A stretch of 55,840 nt of DNA, filler included, from Dugesia japonica (taxonomy: Eukaryota), in NCBI GenBank assembly GCA_001938525.1. It is 5 parts of 5 records of this genome, joined end to end, with 100 filler letters (N's around TTAATTAATTAA, not from the genome) between each part and the next. Parts side by side here need not be neighbours in the genome. Positions count along the whole stretch, not along the records: positions 22,389 to 32,016 come from MQRL01635640.1; positions 32,117 to 41,053 come from MQRL01635542.1; 3 more parts are not named here. One strand, 5' to 3'. The translations under genes and the position numbers were made by a program. Positions 22,686-36,438 of the stretch are shown one piece after another. How positions within the stretch are numbered: position 1 is the stretch's first letter; each line of letters begins with the position of its first letter. The notes below the pieces were generated by a model. It saw only the letters and a list, made by a program, of their open reading frames with translations. It did no database searches and was not told where the DNA came from.

Positions 22686-25540
22686 TAAATTTAAAAAAAG
22701 ATAATTTACAAAAATAGGAGAAAAATAAAATTGAATTATTAAAATATTAATTAGTAAAAGTAGGTCAGTATNNNNNNNNNNNNNNNNNNNNNNNNNNNNN
22801 NNNNNNNNNNNNNNNNNNNNNNNNNNNNNNNNNNNNNNNNNNNNNNNNNNNNNNNNNNNNNNNNNNNNNNNNNNNNNNNNNNNNNNNNNNNNNNNNNNNN
22901 NNNNNNNNNNNNNNNNNNNNNNNNNNNNNNNNNNNNNNNNNNNNNNNNNNNNNNNNNNNNNNNNNNNNNATTGATTCACCGGATTACACTAATGTTCACG
23001 CATGATGTATTTTGTAGTTATTACTTTTGATTAAATCCTTACTTTTCGTTAGAACACAAAGTTCATTACTCTGGTCTAGTCTAAAATTAGCAAGGATTTG
23101 TTTGTATTTCGCTCAAAATACGGGACAAAAACCGTATATTTCCATAGATTTTAGTTTATTTTGATTAAATTAAATTATAAACTTTAAAATGGTTGACGAG
23201 CCATGAAAAAAGGCTATAAGACACGACGCAAGAAATCCTGAAAATGTTTGATAATCACTGCTCTATAGCAATGATGATTTCATTTAAGTATTTAGAAATT
23301 ATTTTTAAATTAGTTATTATTATTTGACATTTTGAATTTTCATAAATTTGCGTTTATTATTTTGAAGTGAATTTTTATTGATGTATGGTAAATATAAAAA
23401 AAGTTGCCTATATAAGTATATATGCTAAATATGTGTGTGTAGCACAAAAATATTTCTACAGATTATTTAAAATTTTAAATAAATTCTAAATATATTTTAT
23501 TGTTACATGGTTTTCACTTTAAAAAAATAAACAAGCCACTTTAGAATGCGTGTCTTGAAAACGGTTTTATATCTCGACATATTTATTTTTTTTAAATTGT
23601 ATTATAATTTAATATTTTAAAATGATATAATATTAACATTAATATCTAAATATAATTGTAAATATCATTTTTTTCAGTGCGAGATAGATTGCGAACTCAA
23701 ATGGAACGGAATATTCTCGTAGCAATAAATCATCCATTTATTGTCAGATTAATTTATGGTAAATTAATTTTAAATTTGCAAATAATTAATTAATTTTATT
23801 ATATTAAATAAGAAAATATATTTTTTTCTGAATATTTAAACATTAATTAACAATTTATTAGTATCTTTTTCTATGAAATAATTACGATTAATTAAATTTT
23901 TTATATTTTATTTTGAAATTAAACATTTCAAATGTATGTATTGACAATTGTTTAATTACATAATCTAAATATTGAAGAAAATTTGTTTGTTTACTTATCC
24001 AAAGAACCGTTTGATTTAAATTTCACAACAATATTGATTAGTCAATACGTTTTTATTTATCACTTCTAGAGATTTAATTTTTAATTTTTATTCGATATAA
24101 TCTCCAGAACCTCTGAAAAAAGCTCGGTATTACTTTCAACGATTTTTTTATATAAATGCAATTATTTTCCATATTTAAAAAAAATTAAAATGAATAAAAT
24201 TACTATTTTAAAAATTTTAAATTGTAAATTTTAAAATATCCAGCTATATGATGCCTATGGAAATATTATTATGTTTTTTCATTCATCTAAATCAAACCAG
24301 GCAAACATTTTAGATGATGGACTACATTTGAATTGTAAAAATGTGCGATGGGCCGCCAGTAAATATTAATATTAAATATTTAAATGAAATTTAAAATGAT
24401 AAATCAATTTCCATGTGAATTTATAAATTAATTATTCAATAAAATTGTTTAAAAAGAGAGTTTTCAAAAATTCAAATTACTAACAACAACAAAAAATGAA
24501 AACAGTTTGATCGAAGCTTCATAATTTATTGAGACTTCAAATTTTAATATATAATAATTAATATTATAAGTTTGTCCGGTCCGCGAACTATAATGTTATT
24601 TCAAAACAATGATTTTTTTAAAGTTCACAATATTTTCTTCAACATCAGAATCTTCGTCAGAGTCGTAAAAAGTCATCAATTTCAGCCATTTTTACAATTT
24701 TTTAAATAAAATATTTCAATATTTTCGAATAAAAATCAGATTCAATATAGAAAATTCGAATACAATTTTACTGCGCACTAAAACACCTTACTTTTTGTGT
24801 GAATAATTTGAAATCAAAACAACTAATGAACAAGATTGGCCTCATTAAACTATTTAAAATGATTTGTAATATGATAATTTCCTCATTACTATTTATTTGA
24901 AAATTCAAGTGTATCCAATTGGATACGCCCGTAGTAAAAGGGTTAATAAATTCATAAATTACATTAAATTTTTACCTAACCGTATTATTTTGATATAAAA
25001 GAATACACCCATTCTAATCATAAATAAATACTGTTTCAATTAAATATATTATAAGTAAAAATATTTTTTACCTCCCTGAAAATATTTCTGTGGAAATAAA
25101 ACTATCTTTATAAAAATTTATTTATGTAAACTAAGTTCAAATAGTTTTTGATTTTNTTACGATTTTTAACAAAGCTTTTATCACATTTAGCAATAAATTA
25201 TCCATTTTATAAATGTTAATTATGAAACTAAATAAATCAAATGATGTGTTAATTAGAACAGTAAACATGTGAAAAGGATAAATAAATAATTAATAATTTA
25301 ATTGTTTTTCATTTCTCAGCAAACAGATATTCCATGAAAGAAGACTATGAATTATTTTCATTAAAGAAGATCCAATGAATAGCTTTCTTTTATGAAAACA
25401 TTGAGCTTCACTTCATCAATTAATATTATATTATCTTTTGAGATATTGATTGGTAGTTTAAACTCCTTTCTAGCTTCAATAATACCTGGGCCATTTCTTT
25501 TTTTATTGAAATATAATTATTTTTCTTACGAGAATAATGA

Positions 25541-25990
25541 ATAAATCTTTTTTTAAAAATCTTAACCATTAATCTATGAAAATGACTGAATAAACAAATT
25601 TATGTCAAATAAAATGTTTTAAAAGCAAAAGATCACAATTGTTAATCTGGTTTTTTCATTTTTTCAATATTTCAGCTGTCTTTTTAAGGAATAATAGTTC
25701 AGTAAATTCTGATTATAAATTTTGAAATAACAACTAAAATTAAATTAAACTTTCATTGGTTATTATTTATAGTTTTGAATTCATTGAAAATATTCACGGT
25801 TAATTGTTTGCCAATATTAAAATAAATCTTTTTTTTAAAAGTTTTAACCATTAATCTGTAAAAATAACCGAACAAACAATTTGATTTTAAATAAAAAGTT
25901 TTAAAAGCAAAAGATTAAAATTGTTGATCTTCTTTTTAAATCTTTCTTTTAAACAATTAACCGCGATTATTTTCAATGAATTTAAAATTA
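25541..25990 (-). repeat. Tandem ~282-bp family B repeat (about 1.5 units) with a decayed hammerhead
   Basis: ATAAATCTTTTTTT...TTAACCATTAATCT recurs at 25541 and 25823. It shares TTTTAAAAGCAAAAGAT(C/T)A(C/A)AATTGTT with ~22615. Decayed core at ~25660-25695. Confidence 0.65.
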
Positions 25991-26028
25991 TAAATAAAAA
26001 ATAAGTAACGTCATTTAAAATAAAACTG

Positions 26029-26073
26029 TTTTGTTACCTATTTCGACGAATTAACTGTCATCATCAAACAAAA
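26029..26073 (-). ncRNA. Minimal type I hammerhead ribozyme, family A (stem I perfect, C3>U core mutation)
   Basis: ttttgt-TTGATGA-t-GAC-agttaattc-GTC-GAAA-tagg-TA^acaaaa. Stem I ttttgt/acaaaa pairs 6/6. Confidence 0.65.
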
Positions 26074-27288
26074 ATCAAAAATATGAGATTAATCAGTCTG
26101 TATTATTCAAACAAAGATTGAAGAAATTATACTGAATATTAGATNATTAATAAAAATTCAAAACTTTTTAAATTTTAAAATCTAAAAATAAAATTCAATT
26201 AAATTAAAAATCCAAATTGTAAAAAAACAAAACAATTCGAAAAAACTTGTATTAATTTAGTTTTAATTTAGGTATGCGAATTTTCTTAATCCAATAATGA
26301 AAAAAAGTTTTGTTTAAAATCGTGTTAAAATCAAATAAAATCTTATGAAATAAACTGATAAAAGCCTGTGATGGCGAATTTAATTTTATAATTTATTTAA
26401 TTATTTTTAATTTTATTAAAATTAATATTACATATATTTCTGTTCATTTATAAATTTATTTCAAATGATTTATAATTGAAAAAATCATTAAAAAATGTCA
26501 AATTTAATTCATTTAAAATGAAAATATTCCAGATCTGTAATCTTCAAATTAAAAAAAAATACATTTATGAAAGATTTTTAAAACAGAAATTTCATTTTTT
26601 CAAAAAAAAAATTTGTTTTGTAATTTTCTAAAAAGAAAATCTGTAATCATAAAAAATTCAATCAATTCAATTTCATTTTTTTTGTGAAAATATTGAGTAG
26701 AAATTTGATAGATGTTGACTAAATAGTTGTCAAAAATCACTTTTGTAAACTTTTCTTGTAAAAATTATTGAATTTGGGTTTCATTTTTTGTTAGTAAAAA
26801 AATCTGTCACTTAAATTAAAGGAAAATTTAATAGAGGTTGATTAAATATTTATTATTATTAAATTCAATTAATTTTTTTGCAACAAGACTAGTGATTTAA
26901 AACCAAACTTTTCTGCATATACTTTTTAACACATGTGCAAAAATGACGATTTATTTCTGCAATGACACCCGTTACAATTTAATTGATAAACTAGATGTAG
27001 TATATTTGTTGCTTAAATAATTGGAAACTTTTTCGAAGTAAAAATGAATCTGAATTTACTATCATCTAAATAATCCATGAGTAAGTATTTCAATAATTTG
27101 GGTCCTTCCGAGAATGGTAATTTTATAGTTATTTTTTCCTCTTATCCATTTTTAGGTCATGAGCACAGTTTACTTAAAGTACTCCATTAATTATTAAAAT
27201 AATTTTTTGGTTATATCTATTAACTTTAAGATTGTTATCTAATCTGCTAAGACTATTATTGACTACCTCAATGTTAAATGATATACAC

Positions 27289-27671
27289 CATTGTTTCTCA
27301 ATCGGTGGTCCGCCGAAATATTTTAGTGATCCATGAACTTTATTTTTATTTCATAGTTTTACAATCTTTAAATGCATCATTAATCATTTTTAATGGCAAT
27401 AATAATACAGAAAACTTAGAAAACTGAGCACTTGCTTACCGTACAAAGTCGTATGTACTCGTTTCATACGACTGCGAGTTTACATTTTACAATACTATCT
27501 GTACGTCGTTCAAAACTAGTATTTTGTTATACTGTACCTAAAATTTCGATAATCGGTCGCGAATTACTAAAAACAAACTTTGACCTTTCTCCAATTTAAT
27601 ATGCATTGTGATTACAATGGAAGCTTAAAGTTTTTATTAGTCCGCATTATCAGTTGTGTTGAGAAACACTG
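27289..27671. mobile_element. hAT (Charlie/Buster-type) MITE
   Basis: TIRs CATTGTTTCTCAA / TTGAGAAACACTG. 8-bp TSD ATATACAC / ATATATTC (6/8). Confidence 0.75.
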
Positions 27672-30419
27672 ATATATTCCACAATCGATGAACTAAAGCT
27701 TTTATTAATCCATTTTTTATATCGATCATCACAAAAACATTTAGGAGTGGTATACAGTTCTGTGTCTGTTGGTTTTTTATAGAGTTCTTAAAGCGGTTAA
27801 ATAACAAGCTGAAAATGTAAAATGTATTGATTCATAATAAAAAATAAATAATTAAATAAAAAAAGCCTTTCGGATATAAAATGATTTAATCGTTTAACTT
27901 GAAATTTCTGAAATATAAATCAACTAGATAAGTCAGTAATTATAATAATCTTTAATTGTAATATAAACCTGTAATGACCATCACTAGTTCTTCAAATCGA
28001 TCAGTCCAGCAGATCTTTTTCAACTCATAATGTTTTTTTAATTAAAACAAAGAAAAATTATTTTTCTGAAGGATACAAATATTCTCTATTTAAAATCAGA
28101 GTGAAAATCAACTACAATCTTCTAAAATAAAACGTTACATTTTCTTAACCACCATGGCTAACATTTTATTTTATTAATTAATAAATAAATATACTAAAAA
28201 TCGAATTTAAACTAAATTGCGACTTAAAAATCGTTAAGTTATTAAATTTCAATCTTAATACAAAAAAAATCGATCTTTGAATTTATTAAATAATATCGAT
28301 TAAACAAAACTATTGACTAGCAATAAAAAATTTGAACGAAAAAAAATTTCCATTCGATCTGATTTAATTATGTTTTTTTATCGAAATAATTTTGAGACAG
28401 AATAATCTCTATGTAACTATTTACTCCCTATTCTTCATTCAGAAACTGTCGTCTCAATGTGCCTTTACTGAAATTATTTCTTTCATTTTATGACTCACTA
28501 AAATTAAATTCCACATCTATTAATTGATTTGCCTTTTGAGTGTGATTCTTAATTTATATTTGCGGTATTTTGCTTTATAAATTGAAGTTCACTTTTCTTA
28601 ACGAAAAGAATTTATTTTTGATAAAGAATTGAATTACAGTATTACTGTGATTCGAAAATCAAATTGATTTTCAACATCAAATTATTTTTTAACTATGAAA
28701 TGAAGTCTCATTTATGATTTATATATAATTTTTTATAAGTGTATTGCTGTAAAAATATTTTTAATACATATTATTTTAATTTGTGCCTTCGTGTAAATAT
28801 TGCAGAGATTTTGGAGTGAAGTGAAATCTTAGGATTAGTAATTAAATTTTTTGAATAATCAAACTAGTATTTAACTTTTTGTTTTGTTAATTATAAATTT
28901 ATTGAATTGTAATTGTAAATTGTGATTTTTATTGGAGATGATAAATGTTTTTTATTAGGGGGATAAATTACAGATTCCAGGTTCAGAATGTTTAACAGAT
29001 TCATCGTAAAAGAATTTATTAAATAAGTTTTAGAAAGTATGAATTATAGTTCTAGTAGTTTTCGTAAATTATTTTAATAATAAATTATTTTAATCCTAAC
29101 ATCATTAATTAATAAAATATTTTCTAAATAATTTTATAATAAAACTTTATTCATAAGAACAATTTGATTTAATAATTAATTTAGTTAATTTTAAAATACA
29201 ATGGGTAATCTTCTTTATATGNNNNNNNNNNNNNNNNNNNNNNNNNNNNNNNNNNNNNNNNNNNNNNNNNNNNNNNNNNNNNNNNNNNNNNNNNNNNNNN
29301 NNNNNNNNNNNNNNNNNNNNNNNNNNNNNNNNNNNNNNNNATTTTGCATACAGTGGAGAAAATCAATATTTATATCAGAAATAAACAAAACCTCAAGAAA
29401 ACATCAATAAAAAATGATGAATTCTAAACTGAAAAAAATATGGATTAATTTTTCATTTTTAAACCATTATATATGCTCTTCATCATGTTCAGTATAATTA
29501 AGCAATGATTTAATGATGTTTATTTTCATTAACCATCAAGACCAAGATATTATAGTTAAATAAAAACAAAATTAAACTGCTGTTTATTTATGATTAAATT
29601 ATTTTATTAATGATCAATCATTGCGCTTCCCTCGAAAAACCGAAAACATCTCAATCTCAAAAAATATATAATAATTAATGTCAAAAAATCTTTCATTTTC
29701 ATATTTATCAATATCATTAATAAATAAGCATGAAATAATAAATATTATTAATACCAGAATTCGTGATTTTTTTGACAAAATTATTTGATTTATTTATTTA
29801 TTCTGCCAATTTACTAAACTTATTAATATTAAAAAAAANNNNNNNNNNNNNNNNNNNNNAATTAATAATACTTGTTTATTTCATTTTTTAAAGAAAATGA
29901 GTTCTATTTTATTAAAAATTTCCCCTATTTTTCTCCGGCTTTAGTAACTTTTCCATATATTAGTAACTTTCCTCCTAATTTCATTAACTTAATATATATT
30001 ACCACATAACTACTCTGGAACTTCTAATAATTCTCCACATGTAAAAAATAATTATAGCATAGGTTATGAAAACTTTTAAAAACATTAAAAATATTGAAAA
30101 CATTTGTAATCAAATTCAATTATATTTATTTTTTTCAGGAAAGTATGATATTTTTGTTTCATTTACTATCAAAGCTGGCCTTCCCGTTTTCTTCTTTTTA
30201 GATATAAATACCTCGCTGAGACCTATTTTATTCTCCAATCTTAAAACATTAAAAACGTGTTTACATTGTTTTTATTTAGAAATTCTTCTTCACGTACAGA
30301 ATATATTCTCAAAAACATTAAGTTAAATCAATAATAACAGACATCGTGAAATTTAAAAATACATTTATTATTTACACTTTAATATATAAACAAAACTTCA
30401 AGGTCATATCAATTTTCAA

Positions 30420-32016
30420 CTTTTCCGTCTCTTCTAGATTTTTAACACCTTTTCAGTCATTCTATACGTCTGTATTTCGAACCTTCTGAATTCTGCAATA
30501 TTACTTGATGAGGTGATAGGAATTCCATAATTTTGAAAGGCCCATCATATATATAATCGTTTTTCTTTCGTTTGGCCGGATCTCTCTTTACCAGAACTTT
30601 ATCTCCAAGTTTAAATTCCCTTTCAACTCGATTTCTTTCTTGATTCATCATTTTTTTCAGAAGCTGCGTTCAAGTTACTTTCAGCCTTTTCCCATAAAGA
30701 TAATGCCGAAAATGTTGAATAAATTCATAAAAAGCTAATAACTCCTTCCTGATCATACAATATCATTTTTAATGTGCGTTCAACAACCTTGACCAATATG
30801 CTATAACGACATTCATACCGTTTTGTGATTGGCTCAGTACAGCACCGATTCCCGAAAAACTGGCATCAGTATCCAGAATAAATTGACCTTCTGAATTAGG
30901 ATACATCAATACTGGAGAATTACAAAGAGCATNNNNNNNNNNNNNNNNNNNNNNNNNNNNNNNNNNNNNNNNNNNNNNNNNNNNNNNNNNNNNNNNNNNN
31001 NNNNNNNNTAAAGGTGTAGCAAGTTGCGAAAAATTCTTTATAAATTTCCTGTAATAATTTGTCATTCCAAGAAAAGATCGCAATTGCTTAGTACATTTTG
31101 GAATTCCAGCATTAACAATCTCCATGACTTTCTCCAAATTTAGTTTTAATCCAAATTTGTTTATTGTATGACCCAAAAACCCGAGCTCCTCTTGATAAAG
31201 TTTACATTTGGCTGGATTTACTTTAAGACCAGTTGTTTGAATTCTTTGAAATACTTCTGATAGAATACGATAATTTTCTTTCCGATTTTTCGCAAAGATT
31301 AGAATATCATCGTTATAAACTACAACGCCTTTAAATAGAATATCTGACAAAATTGTATGCATTTATTTTTGAAACGTAGCTGGAGCTGTTGATAGGCCGA
31401 ATGGCATGCAATTTTAGCAGTACTGGCCTTTCTTTGTAAAAAAAAGCGGTTTTAATTTTATCCTTCTCTTCTAGTTCGACTTGATTATACGCTTGGCCTA
31501 TATCTAGTGTTGAGAATATTGTACACTCACTAAGATGATCGAATACCATTTGAGGATCTGGCATAGGAAACGAAAACTTATTAGTTGCTTCATTCAATAA
31601 TCTGAAATCTTGACAAATAGGAATAGCTCCATTCTTTTTCTTAAAAATCACCATAGGTAAGTTCTACTGGCTACTGCATTCTTTTATGATTGCGCTTTTG
31701 ACAAGTGTTTCAATCATCTCACGAATCTTGCCTTCTGGATGCATCGGTTGTCGTCTTGGCTGTTGTAAGACAAGATTTCCCGTTGTTTGGATAGGATGTT
31801 TCACTAGGTGTGTTTTACCCAGATCAAACGTATGCGCCATGAATATCGAGGCGAAACGCTTTAAAAAATTTTTTAAGATGTCATCTCTTGGTTTGAAAAC
31901 GTCCATAGTGACTCTTAAATGATCCTCATCAGAAACATCACACATTACATTATCTGATTCGAATAATTCAATCATCTTTAATTGAATATTAAAAACTTTG
32001 AACATGTCTATTCCAC
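30420..32016 (-). mobile_element. Ty3/Gypsy pol relic: RT, RNase H start and integrase C-terminal GPF region; internally deleted and frameshifted
   Basis: HPIQTTG..QQPRRQP; KKKNGAIPICQDFRLLN; FSTLDIGQAYNQVELEEKDKIKTAF; VVYNDDILIF; LRSFLGMTNYYRKFI; FILDTDASFSGIGAVLSQ; FKLGDKVLVK...YDGPFKI. Truncated by the spacer at 32017. Confidence 0.95.
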
Positions 32017-32116
32017 NNNNNNNNNNNNNNNNNNNNNNNNNNNNNNNNNNNNNNNNNNNNTTAATTAATTAANNNNNNNNNNNNNNNNNNNNNNNNNNNN
32101 NNNNNNNNNNNNNNNN
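32017..32116. other. Artificial contig-joining spacer N44-TTAATTAATTAA-N44
   Basis: Identical 100-nt spacer. Confidence 0.95.
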
Positions 32117-32141
32117 ATATTAGCATCACAGTTAGTTAATA

Positions 32142-32401
32142 ATGAAGAACGTGAATAATTTCTATACACTTTTACCTAGTAATAGCTGTCTTCTTATTCA
32201 CCCGAATAATAATGCTAGTAAATTCATTTTTGAGCTTCAAAATCCGATTTATATGGATGGTAGTTGGAAGTAGCATTGTTGGATTTTACCTTTGTATATC
32301 AAACATTCCCATTATATAGCAAATCTAAAATTCAATACATGACATCGAAAACCATAACGAAAGAAGTGACTATACAATTAATCATAAAGAAAAGTTGCTG
32401 A
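32142..32401 (+). pseudogene. Maverick/Polinton (adintovirus-like) minor capsid (penton) N-terminal relic
   Basis: MKNVNNFYTLLPSNSCLLIHPNNNASKFIFELQNPIYMDGSW-(1-nt frameshift)-VALLDFTFVYQTFPLYSK matches the recalled penton N-terminal pattern FYxTLPSNS..xPxN..SxF...L..PI.L.G.W.V.L. Confidence 0.7.
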
Positions 32402-32559
32402 GTGTCAATCAAAATGATTATGAAATGGTGAGAAATAATGATAGGCCTCAGGCCGAAAAATAGGGTGAAATATTGTTTTAAATTAATTTGACATTAATAA
32501 ACGATATCATCATTATATTCATATTTAAATGTTTATGCTAATTGATTGATAATTATTAG

Positions 32560-32982
32560 AAGAGCAAATCTAGACGGAACCTCAAGCGGCCCAGATATAT
32601 ATGGCCATATATTTACTCAAGTGGGCACTATTATATCGAATGGGCCGAGGTCCAATGTATGATTCGGGAAGAGAAGATAGCGCGTCTTGAAGAAACATAC
32701 AGCTTACGAGCTGATCTGGAGGTGGTCAACTTGCGGGTCGCCATCCTGGAAACCAATATTCAGCTGCTATCTTCCCAGCGAGATCGAATGATGGCGGTCC
32801 TCGAGGAGATCGAGTCGACAGTTACTGCCGGAGACGATAAACCGTCGGGGGTGGACCGAAACGGGGACAAGATTGACGAAGGAGAGTTGGATTCGCAAGC
32901 CGAACAAGAAAAGGGAGAAATAATGAGGAGCTTGCTGGGCCTGAGCGGTGCTAGCACGGCCTCAGATGTAATTAAAAAATAA
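32560..32982 (+). CDS. Orphan GC-rich ORF or exon with a predicted coiled coil, function unknown
   Basis: Frame of ORF 32659-32982 is open upstream to a TTAG at ~32559. Markedly higher GC than its flanks. Heptad-like LRADLEVVNLRVAILETNIQLL. No family recognised. Confidence 0.35.
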   Translation, partial: KSKSRRNLKRPRYIWPYIYSSGHYYIEWAEVQCMIREEKIARLEETYSLRADLEVVNLRVAILETNIQLLSSQRDRMMAVLEEIESTVTAGDDKPSGVDRNGDKIDEGELDSQAEQEKGEIMRSLLGLSGASTASDVIKK

Positions 32983-34029
32983 AAATTTTCTAAATGAATT
33001 GAAGAATTATGCTTTATTGATTTTTCTTTGTAATTATTTAAATGTGGTTGAGTTATAGCAAATAGGTGAAAGTGTGATACGTACGTCACGATAATCTGCA
33101 GACGCAGGGTTGAATGAATTTCGTTTATTTTATTTTATTTCGTTTATTCTGAAGTGCAAAGAATGGCCATAAATGCGAACATGGAAAATTATCAAATTCA
33201 AATAATTATAAAATGTAATCATTGAACGTTAATTATTTCAGGAATGATATCAAGAATATTATAGAGAAATTGCGATTTTCAAGGATCATTTTAGGTGGAT
33301 CGAACCTTTTTACTAGAATTAAATATGTGTTGAATTATTNNNNNNNNNNNNNNTTAAAGTATCTATTTTAATTCATTAAAAAGTTAAGCCTAGATCTTTT
33401 AAAATCAGGGTTTAGTCGTTCGTATTTTATTATTTATATATTCGACAATAGTTTTATTTGTTTTTGTTTTAAGACATTGACCTAAATGAATTGTTAAATT
33501 AATTATTATTAAATACTAAATTAATTTTGAAATAATAAAAAGATTCNTTCGCAATTGTATCTGTTAACATTTAAATGTAACGGTGAAACCCGAGCATGGT
33601 GTACGGGAAATATTGGAAGATGATGACGGCAATACTAAGAAAACTGATTTGACCAATGCAGGGATCAATTTTATTTGTTCATAGAAAGGAGATAAGTAAT
33701 AATTATAGTATTATTAACCGTCCAATTAAATTTTGAAATAGCTGAAATATCGTGTTAGTTTGTATAATGGTCAGATATGACCGATTTAAAATTTTTTATT
33801 GACAACGAATACTGACCAAATAAGTGTGTTGGTAAATGGGGGTTCCTGAAAAAGAAACGTAAGACGCGATACCACAAAGTCGCGCTGAACCCGCAAAAAA
33901 GAGGGGCATGTCATAGACGTGACTAAATGCTTGTGGTTTTTAGGTCGAAATATATCGGATTTATTTAGCTACGGAAATAATCGAGTACAAAGAGTGCAGA
34001 TATTAAACTCAAATGTTCAAAATCCTAAA

Positions 34030-35578
34030 AACCCAACATTTTCATGGACCCCCTAATTTATTTATAACTTTTATCAACCAAAGATACGTAAATAATACAT
34101 ATAAAAATCTTAATTAATTAAAAATTAAATGTTCAAGTTTTTTCGTTATTGTATATGTTGTTAAATAACAAAACATTTATGTATGGTATGTTTAAGTTGG
34201 TGACTCACATGTTTTTTAATAATACCAAATTATGAATGTCAATGATGCTTAACTTGGTTCAAAAGTAGGATATAATAATTTTAACTTTAATTGCAAAAAA
34301 CGGAAACAAAATTGTAAAAATCTAAATTTATAAAATAGTGAATTTTATTATGTAACATTAAAAATTTAATGTGATGGATGTATCTGATGACATTTATCTA
34401 ATTTTTTCAATTTTAGGTTTGATTTCCTGTCAGTAAAAGTCTTAAATCTCCACGATTGAATTTCTTTTGTTTGTTAAAAGGTTCGAAACCTCACTTAAAC
34501 TTCTTTCAACTAAATACGATGAAGGAAATGAGATCAAACAATTTATTGACTATGCTCCATATTTCAGGATAGGTCTTTTAAATTTGTTCTTATAAACCAT
34601 TATTGAATTAAAATTTAAACTCAAAATTGGTGCGTTGTTCCATTAATTCTTCTTGTATTTTAAAGATTCTTCAGAAGTTACACTTTCGAATGTATCTAAA
34701 ACCCAATCAGGTATTTTCATCTTATAAATATCCACAAATCGATGATTAAAGTCAGAATAACAAAAATCAAGGTAATTACAATACGCAAGAATATCATCTT
34801 TATTTAAACTTGCGGCAGTTAAATTTGAAAATCGACTCATTGAACGTCGTCTTCGATTCTGTTTATAAAGCAAAATGCTTTCTACAAATCAACATATAAC
34901 TGATTAGGCTTTTATCAAGTTTAAATCATTATCTTGAAGTTTCAGATTCATATTGTAAATTTGACAAAATAAATCAGTTAAGTATGCAATATCAGTTCTT
35001 GATTCAACCAATTTCTGTTGTAACCGATAATCTTTTTTTTTCAAGATATTCTATAACAGATTTATAGAGACAATAAAACATATCACGACAAGAACCTTTT
35101 GAGAGCCAACGAACGTCAGTATGTTTCATTACAAAGTCAACTGAAAATTTTTTAGTAAGTGGGTTACTTTTTATTTTATTTATAGATTTTATGACACAAC
35201 CCAGTGATTTGTGAATTTTATTCGTAAAGATTGAAGATTTTTTTAGATAATAATAAATCGTTACTATTACTTTTTAGAAGTTATGAACTTCATATGTTAA
35301 AATCTGAAAAGGATATAAACTAAAATTAAATAATTAACTTTTTAAGTTGTGCCAGAACTTTGGTCATTCTAAAATCAAGGCACATAAAAGAGACTACTAT
35401 ATATGTCACAGTATTTAAACCTGCTAAACGGAATCGACTAATTATAAAATGTACAAAAACACAAAAAAAACATAATTTATTAATCACGGACCCACTTCTC
35501 TGACAAATATTTGTACGGACCCCTTGAATCGTTCCACGAACCCTAGGGGATCCGTACGGACCACTTTGATAAACACTG
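34030..35578 (-). mobile_element. hAT (Buster/Charlie, ZBED5/8-like) transposon relic
   Basis: Minus-strand fragments VRWLSKGSC, DIAYLTDLF, MNLKLQ, KMKIPDWVLD and LISFPSSYLVERSLS. Terminus CAGTGTTTATCAAAGTGGTCCGTACGGATCCCCTAGGG read inward from 35578. Other end not clearly located. Confidence 0.85.
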
Positions 35579-36438
35579 ATTTAAATGAATATAATGACTG
35601 TTAATTGATTGAATATTGATTTTTTATTATTTCTAAAAGTAAAGTTAAATCTTAAGTAAAAACGGTAAATGTATCTTCCTTAAAAATGTAAACATTTTAT
35701 TAATAGTAATGGTGATGTTAGTGGGATAATGATTTCACATATTTTTAAATGATTTATGGTTTTTTCCTCGTCATTTAAACATTAAACAATAGTGAATTAT
35801 TAATCGTGAAATTTAAAGTTCATTTAAAATACTACCTTTCAATTAAGGTTTTTTGTTTACAATAATGTACACTTTTACATTACTATCTAATTTTTCATAT
35901 ACCAATTCAAATATATTTATTGTTATAATTGTCGTTTGAAATTCGTATAGTTTCAACCTATCAATACATATTTCTTTTTTTTTTAATGAAGCATCATTTT
36001 TTAAATTTCTATAAATTGTGTTAGCATTCATAAAATATGTTCTTTTAAAATATCTTACCTATACACTTTCTTTTAATCTTGTATACTATTTTATCACTAA
36101 TAATGTGAGTTTTTTAATTTTTAATAATGTTCTAACTGCAAATAATCAACATCTAGGTGTAAAATGTCTACGAACATCATTTACTTTCTAAAATGATTAA
36201 ATGAATTCAGAAAATGAATTATAAAAAATTTCATGAATATTTTCAACAGCGATTAACTTGAATTTTTTTATTGAACAATTATTTAAATATTTCAAATTAC
36301 AAAAAATTAAATTATAGCATAAAATTTATAATTTTTTGTTTTTTACGTTACATTACCATTTTTCATGACAATTACACTTGTTTATTTAATTAGATTTGGT
36401 TGCTAAAACGAACTAAATTAAAAATACTAATTTAAATT

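Noticed and set aside
20576-22979. ORFs containing long X runs (also 29181-29410)
   Set aside because: Open only because they cross N gaps.
30420-32401. Gypsy element carrying a capsid (penton) gene
   Set aside because: The two lie on different contigs separated by the spacer at 32017-32116.
31686-33089. ORFs 31686-31922 (+) and 32760-33089 (-)
   Set aside because: Antisense shadows of the Gypsy pol and of the GC-rich ORF.
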